From Candidatus Dojkabacteria bacterium UBA4813 (GTDB lineage: Bacteria; Patescibacteriota; Dojkabacteria; SC72): a stretch of DNA of 64,000 bases. Where the stretch lies: assembly GCA_002402455.1 (NCBI GenBank), contig DHFX01000006.1:20408-84407 (forward strand), given 5' to 3'. This document shows, one piece after another, positions 1 through 10,268 of the stretch. Each line of letters opens with the position of its first letter. The first letter of the stretch is position 1. A program made the translations under genes and the position numbers. The notes under the pieces were generated by a model that was given only the letters and a program-made list of their open reading frames with translations, searched no databases and had not been told where the DNA came from.

Positions 1-2107
1 TGGAGAGAAAGTCAAAGAGCCATTTACAATTATCCTTCCCCCTCCCAATGCAAACGGGAATCTACATCTAGGACATGTATGCGGATATTCCTTTCATGAT
101 GTTATTGGTAGATACATGCGAATGACAGGTCATCCTACTCTACTCCTGCCTGGGAAAGATCATGCCGGTATACAAACGGAGACAGTTTTTGTTAAACATC
201 TTAAAGAACAAGGCAAAAGTAAAGAGGACTTAGGTAGAGAAAAATTCTACGAAGAGGTATACAAATTCTGTATGAGTAATATAGAAAATGCTAGGGAACA
301 GGAGAAAAGAATAGGACTCTCTGCAGATTACAGTAGGGAATTATTTACCCTAGACCCTAAACTTACAAAAATAGTGTATGAGACTTTTTATAAAATGTTT
401 GAAGAAGGACTAATTTATAGAGACAAGAGAATTATTAACCAATGTCCTAATTGTATGACTGCACTAGCAGATATAGATGTTGAACATGAAGAGAGAAGAG
501 GTATTTTTGCTTACATAATCTATCCTTTTGTAGAGGAAGGGGATAGAAAATTAGCAAAGAAACTTTTGGGAGTCGAAGGAATAACAGTAGCCACAACAAG
601 ACCGGAAACAATGTTGGGAGACACTGCAGTTGCTGTTAATCCTCAAGATGAAAGGTACAAGGTATTTGTAGGAAAGAAAGTTTTACTACCAATTGTGGAA
701 AGAGAGATACCTGTGATAGCAGACGAAGAAACAGATATGGAAACAGGAACCGGAGCCGTGAAAGTTACTCCAGCTCACTCCCCGGTTGACTTTGAAATTG
801 GTAAAAAACATAACCTAGAAATAGTGAATGTTATTAACGAAGAAGGAAAGATGGTTGGGGACATTCCTGAGAGATTTAAGGGGATGAAGACGGTAGAGTG
901 TTCCAAAGCTTTGTGTAAAGAGCTGGATGAAAAAGGTTTGTTAGTTAAAATAGAGAATATTAAACATGAGGTAGCCGTATGCGAACGATGTAGAACCCCT
1001 ATTGAACCGATAATATCTAACCAATGGTATTTAGATGTTTCTTCTTTAGCTAAGAAAGCTCTTGAGAATATAGAAGAGGGTAAATTAAAGGTGTTTCCTA
1101 AAGGACAGCAGAAAGCTCTGGTACACTTCTTTGAAGAGATTCAACCGTGGTGTATTTCCAGACAGTTATGGTGGGGTCAAAGAATTCCTGTATGGTATAA
1201 GGGCGGAAAGAAAAAATATGACGAGGAGGGTGGGGATATATCTTTAGGTGAGAATGCTCCGGATAACAGTGGTGAGTGGGAGGCTGAAACAGATGTCTTT
1301 GACACATGGTTTAGTTCAGGGCAATGGCCATTTTCTACTCTCGGGGGTCCGGGTTCTAAAGATTACGAAAAATATTATCCAACCCAGCTTATGATCCATG
1401 CTAGAGATATTCTTTTCTGGTGGTCTGCGAGAATGGTAATGATGGGTCTGTACAGAACAGGCCAGCTACCTTTCTTTGACATATTTCTTACCGGAATGAT
1501 ACTGGCTCCGGACGGTTCTAAGATGTCCAAGTCTAAAGGGAATAGTGTTGAACCAAAGGAAATCTTTGATAAGTACGGGGCAGATTCACTAAGACTCTGG
1601 TACTACTCTGACGCTTTACCAGGATCAAACGCTCCGGTGAGAGAAGAAAAGATTAAGGGAAACAGAAACTTTGTTAACAAGATTTGGAATGCTAGCAGGT
1701 TTATCCTTATGAATGTACAAGAGAGTGAGCTAGAGGAGATCTCAAGGAGAATAGAGTCTCGTATGGAAGAAACTGAGAGAATTAAAGAAACGAAAGAACA
1801 CGTTAAAAAAGTTGGTGAATATATTGAAAAATACCAATTTAATCTAGGAGCAGAGAAAATCAGGGAGTTTTTCTGGCATAAGTTTTGTGATATCTGGATA
1901 GAACAGGTAAAGGAGAGCATAGAGGGAGAAGAAATAGGAAGTGAAAGAAGGATTCAGTATCTTTCAGAATTACTCTATCTTCTCAAGGAAAATCTTAAGA
2001 TAATTCATCCGTTTATGCCTTTTGTTACAGAATCTATTTGGCAAGAACTTGTAAGATTGGGATTAGCAAAAGGGTTGTTAATGTCCCAGCAAATGATGTC
2101 CCGTTAG
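1..2107 (+). CDS. valS: Valine--tRNA ligase (5' partial; lacks C-terminal coiled-coil)
   Basis: Frame is open from base 2 with PPPNANGNLHLGH (HIGH); also ATTRPETMLGD, WCISRQLWWG, DTWFSS and KMSKS. Confidence 0.97.
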   Translation, partial: GEKVKEPFTIILPPPNANGNLHLGHVCGYSFHDVIGRYMRMTGHPTLLLPGKDHAGIQTETVFVKHLKEQGKSKEDLGREKFYEEVYKFCMSNIENAREQEKRIGLSADYSRELFTLDPKLTKIVYETFYKMFEEGLIYRDKRIINQCPNCMTALADIDVEHEERRGIFAYIIYPFVEEGDRKLAKKLLGVEGITVATTRPETMLGDTAVAVNPQDERYKVFVGKKVLLPIVEREIPVIADEETDMETGTGAVKVTPAHSPVDFEIGKKHNLEIVNVINEEGKMVGDIPERFKGMKTVECSKALCKELDEKGLLVKIENIKHEVAVCERCRTPIEPIISNQWYLDVSSLAKKALENIEEGKLKVFPKGQQKALVHFFEEIQPWCISRQLWWGQRIPVWYKGGKKKYDEEGGDISLGENAPDNSGEWEAETDVFDTWFSSGQWPFSTLGGPGSKDYEKYYPTQLMIHARDILFWWSARMVMMGLYRTGQLPFFDIFLTGMILAPDGSKMSKSKGNSVEPKEIFDKYGADSLRLWYYSDALPGSNAPVREEKIKGNRNFVNKIWNASRFILMNVQESELEEISRRIESRMEETERIKETKEHVKKVGEYIEKYQFNLGAEKIREFFWHKFCDIWIEQVKESIEGEEIGSERRIQYLSELLYLLKENLKIIHPFMPFVTESIWQELVRLGLAKGLLMSQQMMSR

Positions 2108-2199
2108 GGACAAGAATTTCTCAGGATAATTAAATAGTTATATAATCACATTAGGATTATATTTTTAATCTAAATTAACAAAGAAAAGAACGAAAAAGA

Positions 2200-3645
2200 A
2201 TGGAAAAAGAAAAATTATATATTACAACTACACTACCCTATGTTAATGCGGAGCCACACATTGGGCATGCGTTGGAGTTTGTACAAGCCGATGCTATTTC
2301 CAGATATTTTAGAAAAAAACTTGGGGAAGAGAATGTGTTCTTCAATGTAGGAACAGATGAACATGGGCAGAAAATCTTGGATAAATCAAAGAAAGAGGGA
2401 ATAACAGTTCAGGAATTTGTAGATAAATATGCTCAGAGATTTAAAGATTTTTGTGAATTATTCTTTGTGAAGTATGACCATTTCTACAGAACGTCTGATC
2501 CGAAGCATCATAAAGCAGCAAGGGAATTTTGGAGAAGGTGTGAGGAAAATGGGGATATATACAAAAAGAAATACAGAGGTCTTTACTGTGTTGGGTGTGA
2601 AAGGTTTCTTTTGGAAAAAGAGTTAGTGGACGGAAAATGTCCGGATCATGGTATAGAGCCGGAGATCAAGGAAGAGGAGAATTACTTCTTTAGGCTTACA
2701 AAATATAGAGACACTCTCCTTAAATGGTTGGAAGAAAAGCCTGATGTCTTAAAGCCAAGAAGGAAGTTGGATGAACTCAAAACAATAATTAGAGAGGCAG
2801 AGGATATAAGTATTTCCAGATTAAAAGAGAATCTTCCTTGGGGAATAGAAGTTCCTAATGATCCCGACCAGGTACTCTATGTTTGGTTTGATGCTCTTAC
2901 TAACTATGTAAATGTTATTGGGTTCGGAGAAGATGAAGAAAAATTAAATAGCTGGTGGCCGGGGATACAGCTTTTTGGTCCGGATAATGTAAGATTCCAA
3001 GGAAGTATTTGGCAAGGAATGCTGGCTTCTGTAGGACTCCCACAGAGCAAGAGGCTTTTAGAGCATGGCATGATTCTCGGACCGGATGGAAGAAAAATGT
3101 CAAAAACCCTAGGGAATGTCATCTCTCCTTTTGACCAGGAAGCAAAATTCGGAGCGGAAGTGGTCAGGTTTTACCTTTTAACAGGCATTGCTACATTTGC
3201 AGATTCTGCCTATAAAGAGGAGGAGCTTAAAAACATGTACAATTCTAGATTGGCAAATAACTTCGGGAATCTGCTTAACAGGACAATACATCTAGCAAAT
3301 AGTAAGAAGGTGGAGATTAATAATGTTAAAGCAGTTGAAAAGTCTTTTAAGGAGAAGGTTGATAGGTTAGAACAGGATATAAAGAAGTTTTATGATGAGT
3401 ATGAAATTGCATTAGCCGGAGAAAAAATTGACGAACTTGCTGACTGGGGTAACAAATATATTACAGAAAAAGAGCCTTGGGAAGAAAGCAAGAAAAAAGA
3501 GGAGGTAGAAACTATATTAAACAATCTCAGCTATCTTCTTCACGTTGTTTCTGAATTTTATGAACCCATAATTCCACTAAGCGCTATTAAGGCTAGGAAA
3601 GCTTTAGAGAAGAGAGAAAAAATAATTCTCTTTGAGAAGATTTGA
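2200..3645 (+). CDS. metG: Methionine--tRNA ligase, short form
   Basis: YITTTLPYVN, HIGH, GTDEHG, YVWFDAL, KMSKT; no C-terminal tRNA-binding domain. Confidence 0.96.
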   Translation: MEKEKLYITTTLPYVNAEPHIGHALEFVQADAISRYFRKKLGEENVFFNVGTDEHGQKILDKSKKEGITVQEFVDKYAQRFKDFCELFFVKYDHFYRTSDPKHHKAAREFWRRCEENGDIYKKKYRGLYCVGCERFLLEKELVDGKCPDHGIEPEIKEEENYFFRLTKYRDTLLKWLEEKPDVLKPRRKLDELKTIIREAEDISISRLKENLPWGIEVPNDPDQVLYVWFDALTNYVNVIGFGEDEEKLNSWWPGIQLFGPDNVRFQGSIWQGMLASVGLPQSKRLLEHGMILGPDGRKMSKTLGNVISPFDQEAKFGAEVVRFYLLTGIATFADSAYKEEELKNMYNSRLANNFGNLLNRTIHLANSKKVEINNVKAVEKSFKEKVDRLEQDIKKFYDEYEIALAGEKIDELADWGNKYITEKEPWEESKKKEEVETILNNLSYLLHVVSEFYEPIIPLSAIKARKALEKREKIILFEKI

Positions 3646-3659
3646 TGAGTCTAAATATG

Positions 3660-3695
3660 TGCTATACTAAAGCAATAAAATTTTAAAACTGCCAT
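3660..3695 (+). promoter_or_regulatory. Extended -10 (TGcTATACT) and leader with CTGCC motif
   Basis: TGCTATACT at 3660-3668; CTGCC at 3689-3693, 2 nt before ATG 3696. Confidence 0.6.
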
Positions 3696-4274
3696 ATGTT
3701 TCAGAAAGAGAAACAGCCAAAATCTATTAACTTCATGGAAACTCTCTACGATCCTAGTGATGTTTGGGATAGTGCGTATATTTGGCTTGTTAGTATAGGG
3801 AAGTATCTTCTAATAGGGGTTCAAATAATAGTTTTAATTGTCTTCTTTTCCAGATTGGTGCTAGATGGAAGAAATAATGATCTAACTGAGGAGATTAACA
3901 ACAAGGTAGTTCTTCTTTCGAACGAAACTTGGAAGAGGAATGCTTTTTTGTTTGAAAATTATCAGATACTTTTAGGAGATATAAAAAATATAAGGGAGGG
4001 GCAGACGATTAACTCTCTTCAAATTAGAGAGCTTATTAGTGGGGTTCCAAGCAATCTTGTCTTAGAGGGACTAAGTTTCAGTGAAAAGCGCGTATCTTTG
4101 CGTCTTAGTTCTAACAATCTAAACAGTGTAAAGGATTACGAATCTTCCCTAAAAAATAATCCAATGTACGAAGATGTGAAGTTTTCAATAACTAAAGAGG
4201 ATGCTGAAATAAGTGTAGGGGTATCTTTTTATTTAAGTGAAGAAGGAGAAGTAAGTGGAAGAGCGGAAAATTAA
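3696..4274 (+). CDS. PilN-like type IV pilus alignment protein
   Basis: Single N-terminal TM, coiled coil, then a PilN-like domain (VPSNLVLEGLSF...LKNNPMYEDVKF); upstream of a PilO-like gene. Confidence 0.7.
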   Translation: MFQKEKQPKSINFMETLYDPSDVWDSAYIWLVSIGKYLLIGVQIIVLIVFFSRLVLDGRNNDLTEEINNKVVLLSNETWKRNAFLFENYQILLGDIKNIREGQTINSLQIRELISGVPSNLVLEGLSFSEKRVSLRLSSNNLNSVKDYESSLKNNPMYEDVKFSITKEDAEISVGVSFYLSEEGEVSGRAEN

Positions 4275-4869
4275 CACAGCAGAATATATGAAAGTAATTA
4301 AGGAATCTCCCGATAAGAAGAGATCTTATATATTCTTTGGTTTTTCTATTTTAGTATCTATTGTTTTAATATTGTTTGCTATTAGGCCTACGGTGACAAC
4401 TATTGCTAGGATAAATAAAGAAATTAAGGAAAAAGAAAGAGTTAATTCCCTACTTGAAAACAAGATAAATACCCTTAATGAGTTGGATAAGCAATATGTT
4501 CCAAATAAAGAATCTTTTGAGGATTTGGAAATGATTTTTCCTGCAGGTGAGAATTTCAGCTTGCTTCTGGCAAATATGGAGTTGGTGACTACACGCAATG
4601 GACATAAGCTCTCTTCTATAAGTTTTGATGGATATAAAGGGAAAGATTATAATATAATTACAAAGGCTCTCAAGCCCTATACTATGACCTTTAGTGCTAG
4701 GGGAAAAGAGGAAAATATTTTAAATTTCCTACAAGAGCTAGAGGATCTTCCTATGTACCCTGTGATTGAGACTTTTTCCTATTCAACAGAGACGGCGGAG
4801 GACGGAACAAATGCATTTACTATCTCTTTGAGGATATATCATGTAGATAATGTAAATTTTTATAAGTAG
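4255..4869 (+). CDS. pilO: PilO-like type IV pilus alignment protein
   Basis: TM ending FAIRPT, coiled coil, C-terminal FLQELEDLP pattern typical of PilO; GTG start overlaps the PilN-like gene. Confidence 0.75.
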   Translation: MEERKINTAEYMKVIKESPDKKRSYIFFGFSILVSIVLILFAIRPTVTTIARINKEIKEKERVNSLLENKINTLNELDKQYVPNKESFEDLEMIFPAGENFSLLLANMELVTTRNGHKLSSISFDGYKGKDYNIITKALKPYTMTFSARGKEENILNFLQELEDLPMYPVIETFSYSTETAEDGTNAFTISLRIYHVDNVNFYK

Positions 4870-4872
4870 GAT

Positions 4873-5118
4873 ATGGATATTATCAAAAAAGCAACAGTTC
4901 CTTTGATTATGCTTTTAGTTCTTGTGGTTGTTTGGGTTGGGCTTTACATTTACTATGAGAGTTCCGATATAGAGATTAATCCTCAGGCAGATTCTTATAT
5001 ATCGCAATTACAAAACAGTTTTGACTTAGAAGAATTGGAGGAAGTTAGTAAGAGAACAAAGGATCATTTTCCTGTTCTTCCTGAAGTATTCTTTACTCTT
5101 GTAGGAAGAAGAGATTAG
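4873..5118 (+). CDS. Small membrane-anchored protein at the PilP position
   Basis: 81 aa with an N-terminal TM, 3 nt after the pilO stop. Confidence 0.55.
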   Translation: MDIIKKATVPLIMLLVLVVVWVGLYIYYESSDIEINPQADSYISQLQNSFDLEELEEVSKRTKDHFPVLPEVFFTLVGRRD

Positions 5119-6194
5119 TCAATATAATCATCTAACTTCTGTTGTGCAGATTTCTCCTTGAGTTTCTTTAGAGCCTTAGCCTCAATCTGTCTAATTCTTT
5201 CTCTCGTAACTCCAAACTCTTTCCCGACTTCCTCTAATGTTCTTGAGACTCCGTCGTCTAAACCAAATCTTAGTGAGAGTACTCGTCTTTCTCTATCTTG
5301 GAGACTATCTAAGATGTCTCTAAGTTGGTTCTTTAAGTATTCTCCGGTTGCGTAATCCTCGGGTGATTGGGACCAGTCATCTGGGATAATATCTTGTAAT
5401 TTGCTGTCCTTCTCTTCGCCTATTGGTGTTGCAAGGGATGTCGGGTTTTGTTTTATTTTTCTTATCTCTGCGATTTTTTCTATCTCAATATCCATCTCTT
5501 TTGCAATTTCTTCATCTGTGGCAGGGCGACCAAGCTTTGTAGCAAGGATATTGCTTGTTTTATTAAACTTGTTTATAGTTTCTATCATGTGGACCGGGAT
5601 ACGAATGGTTCTTGCCTGATCTGCGATGGCTCTTGTAATCGCCTGTCTTATCCACCAAGTAGCATATGTAGAGAATTTAAATCCTTTTGTGTAGTCAAAC
5701 TTTTCTACAGCCCTCATTAGGCCGATGTTTCCTTCTTGAATAAGATCTAGTAATTCTAAATTGCTCTTACTATATTTCTTAGCGATACTAACAACTAATC
5801 TAAGGTTTGCAGTAATTAGGAGTTGAGTTGCCTCTTTGTCTCCATTTTCTATCCTTTTTGCTAAAATAACCTCTTCTTCGCCTGTTAGTAAGGGAATTCT
5901 TCCGATTTCGTAGAGGTAGGATCTTATTGCATCTGTAGAGATATTTGTTTGAATGTTCTTGAGTATTCTAATTTTCTTCTCTAGGGTTAGTTCCTCTTTC
6001 TCTTGTGGTTCTATATCTTCCTCGGGTTCGAGGACTTCAATTTCGTTTTTTTGGAGTTTCTCAAAGATTTCATCTAAAAGGTCTATATCTTCTTCTATTG
6101 TAGGAAAAACATCAAGAAGATCTTCTTGGGTTAGAAAGCCCTGGTCTTTCCCTTTCTTAATAAGGTATTTGATGGATTTACTTTTATCTGACAT
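5115..6194 (-). CDS. rpoD: Primary RNA polymerase sigma factor (RpoD/SigA)
   Basis: Region 1.1-like N-terminus, [38 protein letters not shown]. Confidence 0.97.
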   Translation of the reverse strand: MSDKSKSIKYLIKKGKDQGFLTQEDLLDVFPTIEEDIDLLDEIFEKLQKNEIEVLEPEEDIEPQEKEELTLEKKIRILKNIQTNISTDAIRSYLYEIGRIPLLTGEEEVILAKRIENGDKEATQLLITANLRLVVSIAKKYSKSNLELLDLIQEGNIGLMRAVEKFDYTKGFKFSTYATWWIRQAITRAIADQARTIRIPVHMIETINKFNKTSNILATKLGRPATDEEIAKEMDIEIEKIAEIRKIKQNPTSLATPIGEEKDSKLQDIIPDDWSQSPEDYATGEYLKNQLRDILDSLQDRERRVLSLRFGLDDGVSRTLEEVGKEFGVTRERIRQIEAKALKKLKEKSAQQKLDDYID

Positions 6195-6222
6195 TCAGGG
6201 TATATGGTATAATATTTTATAT
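6195..6222. promoter_or_regulatory. Compact, probably bidirectional promoter
   Basis: Only 28 nt between divergent ATGs; TGGTATAAT at 6205-6213 on + overlaps TATTAT on -. Confidence 0.6.
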
Positions 6223-6561
6223 ATGAACAAGAAAGATAATAACACATTCGGAGATAAGGAGTTCTTTCTGGATGCTCTGTCGAAGTTTTGTGATAAGTGT
6301 GGCACTGAGTATCGTCCCGAAGATATTAATATCGTTCAAAACACTGGTGTTTCGGCTATTATACACTTTTCTTGTCATAATTGTAAATCACAGAACCTTG
6401 CTACATACATTTTTCCAATAGGTATGAGTAGTAGATCTCCTTTAAATGTAGATCTTAGCTTTGAGGAACTAAAGAAATTTGCTTCCCAAAACAAGGTTTC
6501 TTTGGATGAGATTCTCGAAGTTTATACACAATTAAAAAAGAAGTCAAAAATCTCTGTTTAA
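6223..6561 (+). CDS. Hypothetical zinc-ribbon protein (112 aa)
   Basis: CDKC and CHNC pairs. Start reassigned to ATG 6223, 9 nt after an extended -10; the ORF-track start at 5953 overlaps rpoD. Confidence 0.75.
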   Translation: MNKKDNNTFGDKEFFLDALSKFCDKCGTEYRPEDINIVQNTGVSAIIHFSCHNCKSQNLATYIFPIGMSSRSPLNVDLSFEELKKFASQNKVSLDEILEVYTQLKKKSKISV

Positions 6562-6572
6562 TGGGAAAAGTG

Positions 6573-9569
6573 CTAATTAGGAATTCTCCAAATTACTGGA
6601 AACTCAAGATCCTTGTTGAGTTCAAATCTCCCTGAGAGTTGGTTACTTATACTATTTAATCCGGGAGAACTCTCCAAATTCCATGTGGATGGGTACGTGA
6701 TATCCAGTTTGTAAGCGTACTTCTTTTCTCCGGGTTGTTTAAAGAGGTTTATATCAAAGAATGCATTCTGTTCCTGTATCACAATTGGAAAGTTAGAATC
6801 TCCCTCTTCTCTCTCTATTCTGTAGGAGATATCTAGGGTCTTTATTGACTTAATAGGTGTGTTAAACCAACCACCAATCACTTTAAAACCACTCTCCCTG
6901 TAAACGGAATATTCATTATCTTCAATTCCACTAATTCTTAATATTTTTGCCTGAGGAGGAATGTATATCCTTTGGTAATTTATATAATCTCCTTGTGGGT
7001 AAACATTTTCAGTAGAAGAATTCTCTACAGTTATGGAATATATATAATCTATGGTGTTTTCATCTTTTATATTTATTGTTAGGGAGTAATTTTTATCCAA
7101 ATATAAGTTAGCTTTATTTCCCCCCCAGTTCCAATCTATTGATATTGGGGCATCATTGTATTTATTACTCATGGAATTTGCCCAGTCTTTGGAACTAAAG
7201 AAGTTGTAGGCATCTTTATTTTTAAATGTAGCCTGAAGATGCTTTTCGTTTAAAGTTTTCTCAAAGATGTCTGCTATTTCCATGAGGTCTGTGACATCCA
7301 TAGAAAGTAGCTTTTTAACTATCTCATTTGCGAGATTAGCTAGGAAGGTTGTTTTTTGAGTTGAACCGGGGACAAACTCTTCATGCATTTGGAAAATTTT
7401 ACTGTTGAGATTCTCACTAGTGACAAGTTCTGTCTCTCCGGGGACTTCTATGCCACCCCATCTTTCTAAGAGCTCTTCAATAAAGGAGACATCTATTGTT
7501 ATTACCCCCTCAAGAGAACTACCCTTACCAAGTTCGTAAATAAACGGTTCTGCCTCTGTGAGTGTGTCGGACAGATCGGGATACCAGTTTACCAAAGAGA
7601 ATGGCCAATCAGTTATCTCTAATGCATTAGACATGCTTCTGGGAGGTGTGAATCTTTTGTTCTGAACCTTCAGAGTCCCATCTGCATTGTATATATCGTC
7701 AACGAAAAGTTCTCTTATTTGACCTCCTTCTATGCCTATAATTCCGTAACTTGTTAGCCAACCACCCGTACTTCTAATCTCTCCTTCGTTTTGGAAGAGA
7801 ACAAGGTATCTTTTCCTTTCATCTACTCCGAGGAGGTCTGGGAGGAAAGAGTTCACTGCTTTAAAGGATTCGGTTCCTTCTTCAATCTGAGAGATAATTT
7901 CTTTGAACTCTACTATCTTGTCTTGTAAAACCTTTGGAAAGACTGTTGTATTAAGGTTTGTTATTATCTCAGAGGCTAGGGAGATTCTGTAATCAGCCTC
8001 TTCTAGTTTATAACTGTTTTTCTCCATCTCCTCTAAGTAACTCCTATATTCTCTTGTTGTTGTGGGAGTGGAAGTTTGGAAATCCAGAGCGGGTTCAAAA
8101 TCCTGCATATATTGTGTTAAGGGGTATATAGCATCTACTAATTGTCTAGCTCCTTGTGTGGTGTATTGAGCTCCGAGAATTAACTGCGTAGTGTTGTCAT
8201 ACAGTTCGTCTTTTCCTAATAGTTGAAACATCCAGTACATCTGGTCTACGCTCCGTCCTACTCTGTCAACATTTTTCTCTAAGGGTTCTATTTCCTGAGA
8301 GCTTTGTATTTGACCAATGTCTAAGATTGAAATTGAAAGGTTTTTAACAGAGGAATTAATTAAAAGCAACCCTATCAATGTCCCAACTATTGGATATATT
8401 ACAAAATAAGTCACTGCTATTAGTAAGATAGTTGTTAGAAAAATTTTTATTGTCTTTTTTGTATCTATCTTTTTTTCTTTCGTTTTCTCGGAGACTTTTT
8501 TAAATGGAGAAAGAATGGAAAAAAGGAATTCTCCAAGCTTGGTTTTTCCTACTTTAACGGTCTTTTTTTGTTTTATCTTTTGTGGAGTTTTATTTATGTC
8601 CCATGTCTTATTAGTTGCCTCGTAGTACTTCTGTATCTGTTCTACAAGGGCTTCTTCAAGATCTACCTGTTGACTCCAACCATAGTTTGAAGCATGAGGT
8701 GCTGGAACATAAAGATCTTGAATAAGAAATTGTTCTTGGGGATTCTCTACAAAACGGATAGTCTGCGCCTCTGTGTTAAGTTCCAAAAGTTTGTAAGCTA
8801 ATGAAAGGGTTGTATAATTATTCTTATTAGCCAAAGATATTACTTCTCCTTTGGTGTTGTCCGAGAAAGATAATTTTAATATCCCATAGGTAGCGTCTGC
8901 CTCATGTATCAAGGAGTGTAGATCTAGCCCTTCCCCTTTTATAGTGATCTGATTTCTCTGGACGGAGTCAGTAAGAAGGTTGTCTAAAATTTCATTGTTT
9001 ACTTTCTCTATTCCCCTGCCAATAATGGTTCCGAGTCTAATGATTCTAAGGTTAATATTAGATTTATCTCTAAACTCTGCAACTAGCGTCTCGCAATATT
9101 TTTGAAGTTCCATTGCAGAGTAAGGAGATGGTGTGGACAGTTGTTCGTTGTTTACCCTATTTGCTAATTCTCTGTTTAGTGCGAGGGAGGTAATTAAAGA
9201 GAATTTCCCATTGTTTTTTCTAGTGTTAGTAAGTGTTTCCTCTAGAATTTTAGTTTCATTTAGGAACTCTTTGCTGTCAAATTCTTTTTTATCTAGTCTC
9301 TCATTTAGAAAATAGAAAAGGTAATCAAACCTTTTAACGTTTTTAAAGAGGGAATTAAATCCCTTAAAATCAAAAAAATCAAAAAGTTCAGATTTTTTAA
9401 GTTCTGAGAGATATCTCCTGGTTTTACTGTTAAATTTGTCTATTATAACAACATAACAACCTTGGTCTATAAGAGTTTTGGCTGTTAAATAACCTACCCT
9501 GTTTCCACCATGAATTATTATGGCTATCGGTGTTTGTGGACTTATTTTGTTTAATCGTAAATTACTCAT
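6573..9569 (-). CDS. Degenerate NAD-dependent epimerase/SDR domain + TM + DUF4012-domain fusion
   Basis: Rossmann-like IIIHGGNRVG...VVIIDKF; central TM; C-terminal YLVLFQNEGEIRSTGG, NWYPD, DWNWGGNKAN and KQPG motifs typical of DUF4012. Confidence 0.75.
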   Translation of the reverse strand: MSNLRLNKISPQTPIAIIIHGGNRVGYLTAKTLIDQGCYVVIIDKFNSKTRRYLSELKKSELFDFFDFKGFNSLFKNVKRFDYLFYFLNERLDKKEFDSKEFLNETKILEETLTNTRKNNGKFSLITSLALNRELANRVNNEQLSTPSPYSAMELQKYCETLVAEFRDKSNINLRIIRLGTIIGRGIEKVNNEILDNLLTDSVQRNQITIKGEGLDLHSLIHEADATYGILKLSFSDNTKGEVISLANKNNYTTLSLAYKLLELNTEAQTIRFVENPQEQFLIQDLYVPAPHASNYGWSQQVDLEEALVEQIQKYYEATNKTWDINKTPQKIKQKKTVKVGKTKLGEFLFSILSPFKKVSEKTKEKKIDTKKTIKIFLTTILLIAVTYFVIYPIVGTLIGLLLINSSVKNLSISILDIGQIQSSQEIEPLEKNVDRVGRSVDQMYWMFQLLGKDELYDNTTQLILGAQYTTQGARQLVDAIYPLTQYMQDFEPALDFQTSTPTTTREYRSYLEEMEKNSYKLEEADYRISLASEIITNLNTTVFPKVLQDKIVEFKEIISQIEEGTESFKAVNSFLPDLLGVDERKRYLVLFQNEGEIRSTGGWLTSYGIIGIEGGQIRELFVDDIYNADGTLKVQNKRFTPPRSMSNALEITDWPFSLVNWYPDLSDTLTEAEPFIYELGKGSSLEGVITIDVSFIEELLERWGGIEVPGETELVTSENLNSKIFQMHEEFVPGSTQKTTFLANLANEIVKKLLSMDVTDLMEIADIFEKTLNEKHLQATFKNKDAYNFFSSKDWANSMSNKYNDAPISIDWNWGGNKANLYLDKNYSLTINIKDENTIDYIYSITVENSSTENVYPQGDYINYQRIYIPPQAKILRISGIEDNEYSVYRESGFKVIGGWFNTPIKSIKTLDISYRIEREEGDSNFPIVIQEQNAFFDINLFKQPGEKKYAYKLDITYPSTWNLESSPGLNSISNQLSGRFELNKDLEFPVIWRIPN

Positions 9570-10212
9570 CTTTTATTTCTACTGATTCAAAATGTACAGG
9601 TATGGGGAAAAGAAAAGTTTTAAGGTTAAGAACATAATTGTTTTGTAGTAGCACTGGGACTTCTACTTCCTCATGTCCGGGTGCCAATACCTTTATCTCA
9701 TATTGTCCTTCTCTCAATCCGAGGTTTGTGATTGGGCTAACTTTTAAAAATTCTCCATCCAAGAAGATTCTTGAATTATCGACATTACTTATTACAGTCA
9801 GAAATCCTTCATCAGAGGTTGTCCTGATAGGGGTATAATAAAGAATAACACCATGCAAGAGATCCTCTGGACCCATTTCTAGATCTATTCTTGCTGAAGT
9901 GTTTCTTATCAGTTCTATTTGAAACGAATGCTTCTTGTAAAAAGCTTCCTCGTCAGCTATTTTCTGCAACTCTATTAGGTAAGATCCTTCTGGGAGGTCT
10001 TCAATACTTGCAGGAGTTTCCCCATAATCTTCTCCATTAATCCAGATCTTAGCAACTCCTGCTTTGGTGCTAATTTCTAAGGTTGTATTGTTGTAAAAAC
10101 GATTAACAAAAGGGAGTTTCCCTATTAGTTGATTAATTGGGATGAAGTAGAGTAAAACAGAGACAGCTAGTATTAAAAAAATCGTTATTAGGGCAATTTT
10201 ATTCTTTTTCAT
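9562..10212 (-). CDS. PEGA-domain membrane-anchored protein
   Basis: N-terminal TM and two PEGA-like repeats (IWINGEDYGETP; IFLDGEFLKVSP...GQYEIKV). Confidence 0.8.
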   Translation of the reverse strand: MKKNKIALITIFLILAVSVLLYFIPINQLIGKLPFVNRFYNNTTLEISTKAGVAKIWINGEDYGETPASIEDLPEGSYLIELQKIADEEAFYKKHSFQIELIRNTSARIDLEMGPEDLLHGVILYYTPIRTTSDEGFLTVISNVDNSRIFLDGEFLKVSPITNLGLREGQYEIKVLAPGHEEVEVPVLLQNNYVLNLKTFLFPIPVHFESVEIKDE

Positions 10213-10268
10213 AACTCTCTATTATATGTTCTAAACAGTTGAGCTTCCAGAACCTATAGTTTTTGTTC

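Noticed and set aside
2141-2199. T-box or SAM riboswitch before metG
   Set aside because: The leader is only about 50 nt with a weak AT-rich hairpin and no T-box or S-box consensus.
5953-6222. 202-aa ORF-track version of the Zn-ribbon gene
   Set aside because: The N-terminal 90 aa are antisense to rpoD; ATG 6223 has its own extended -10.
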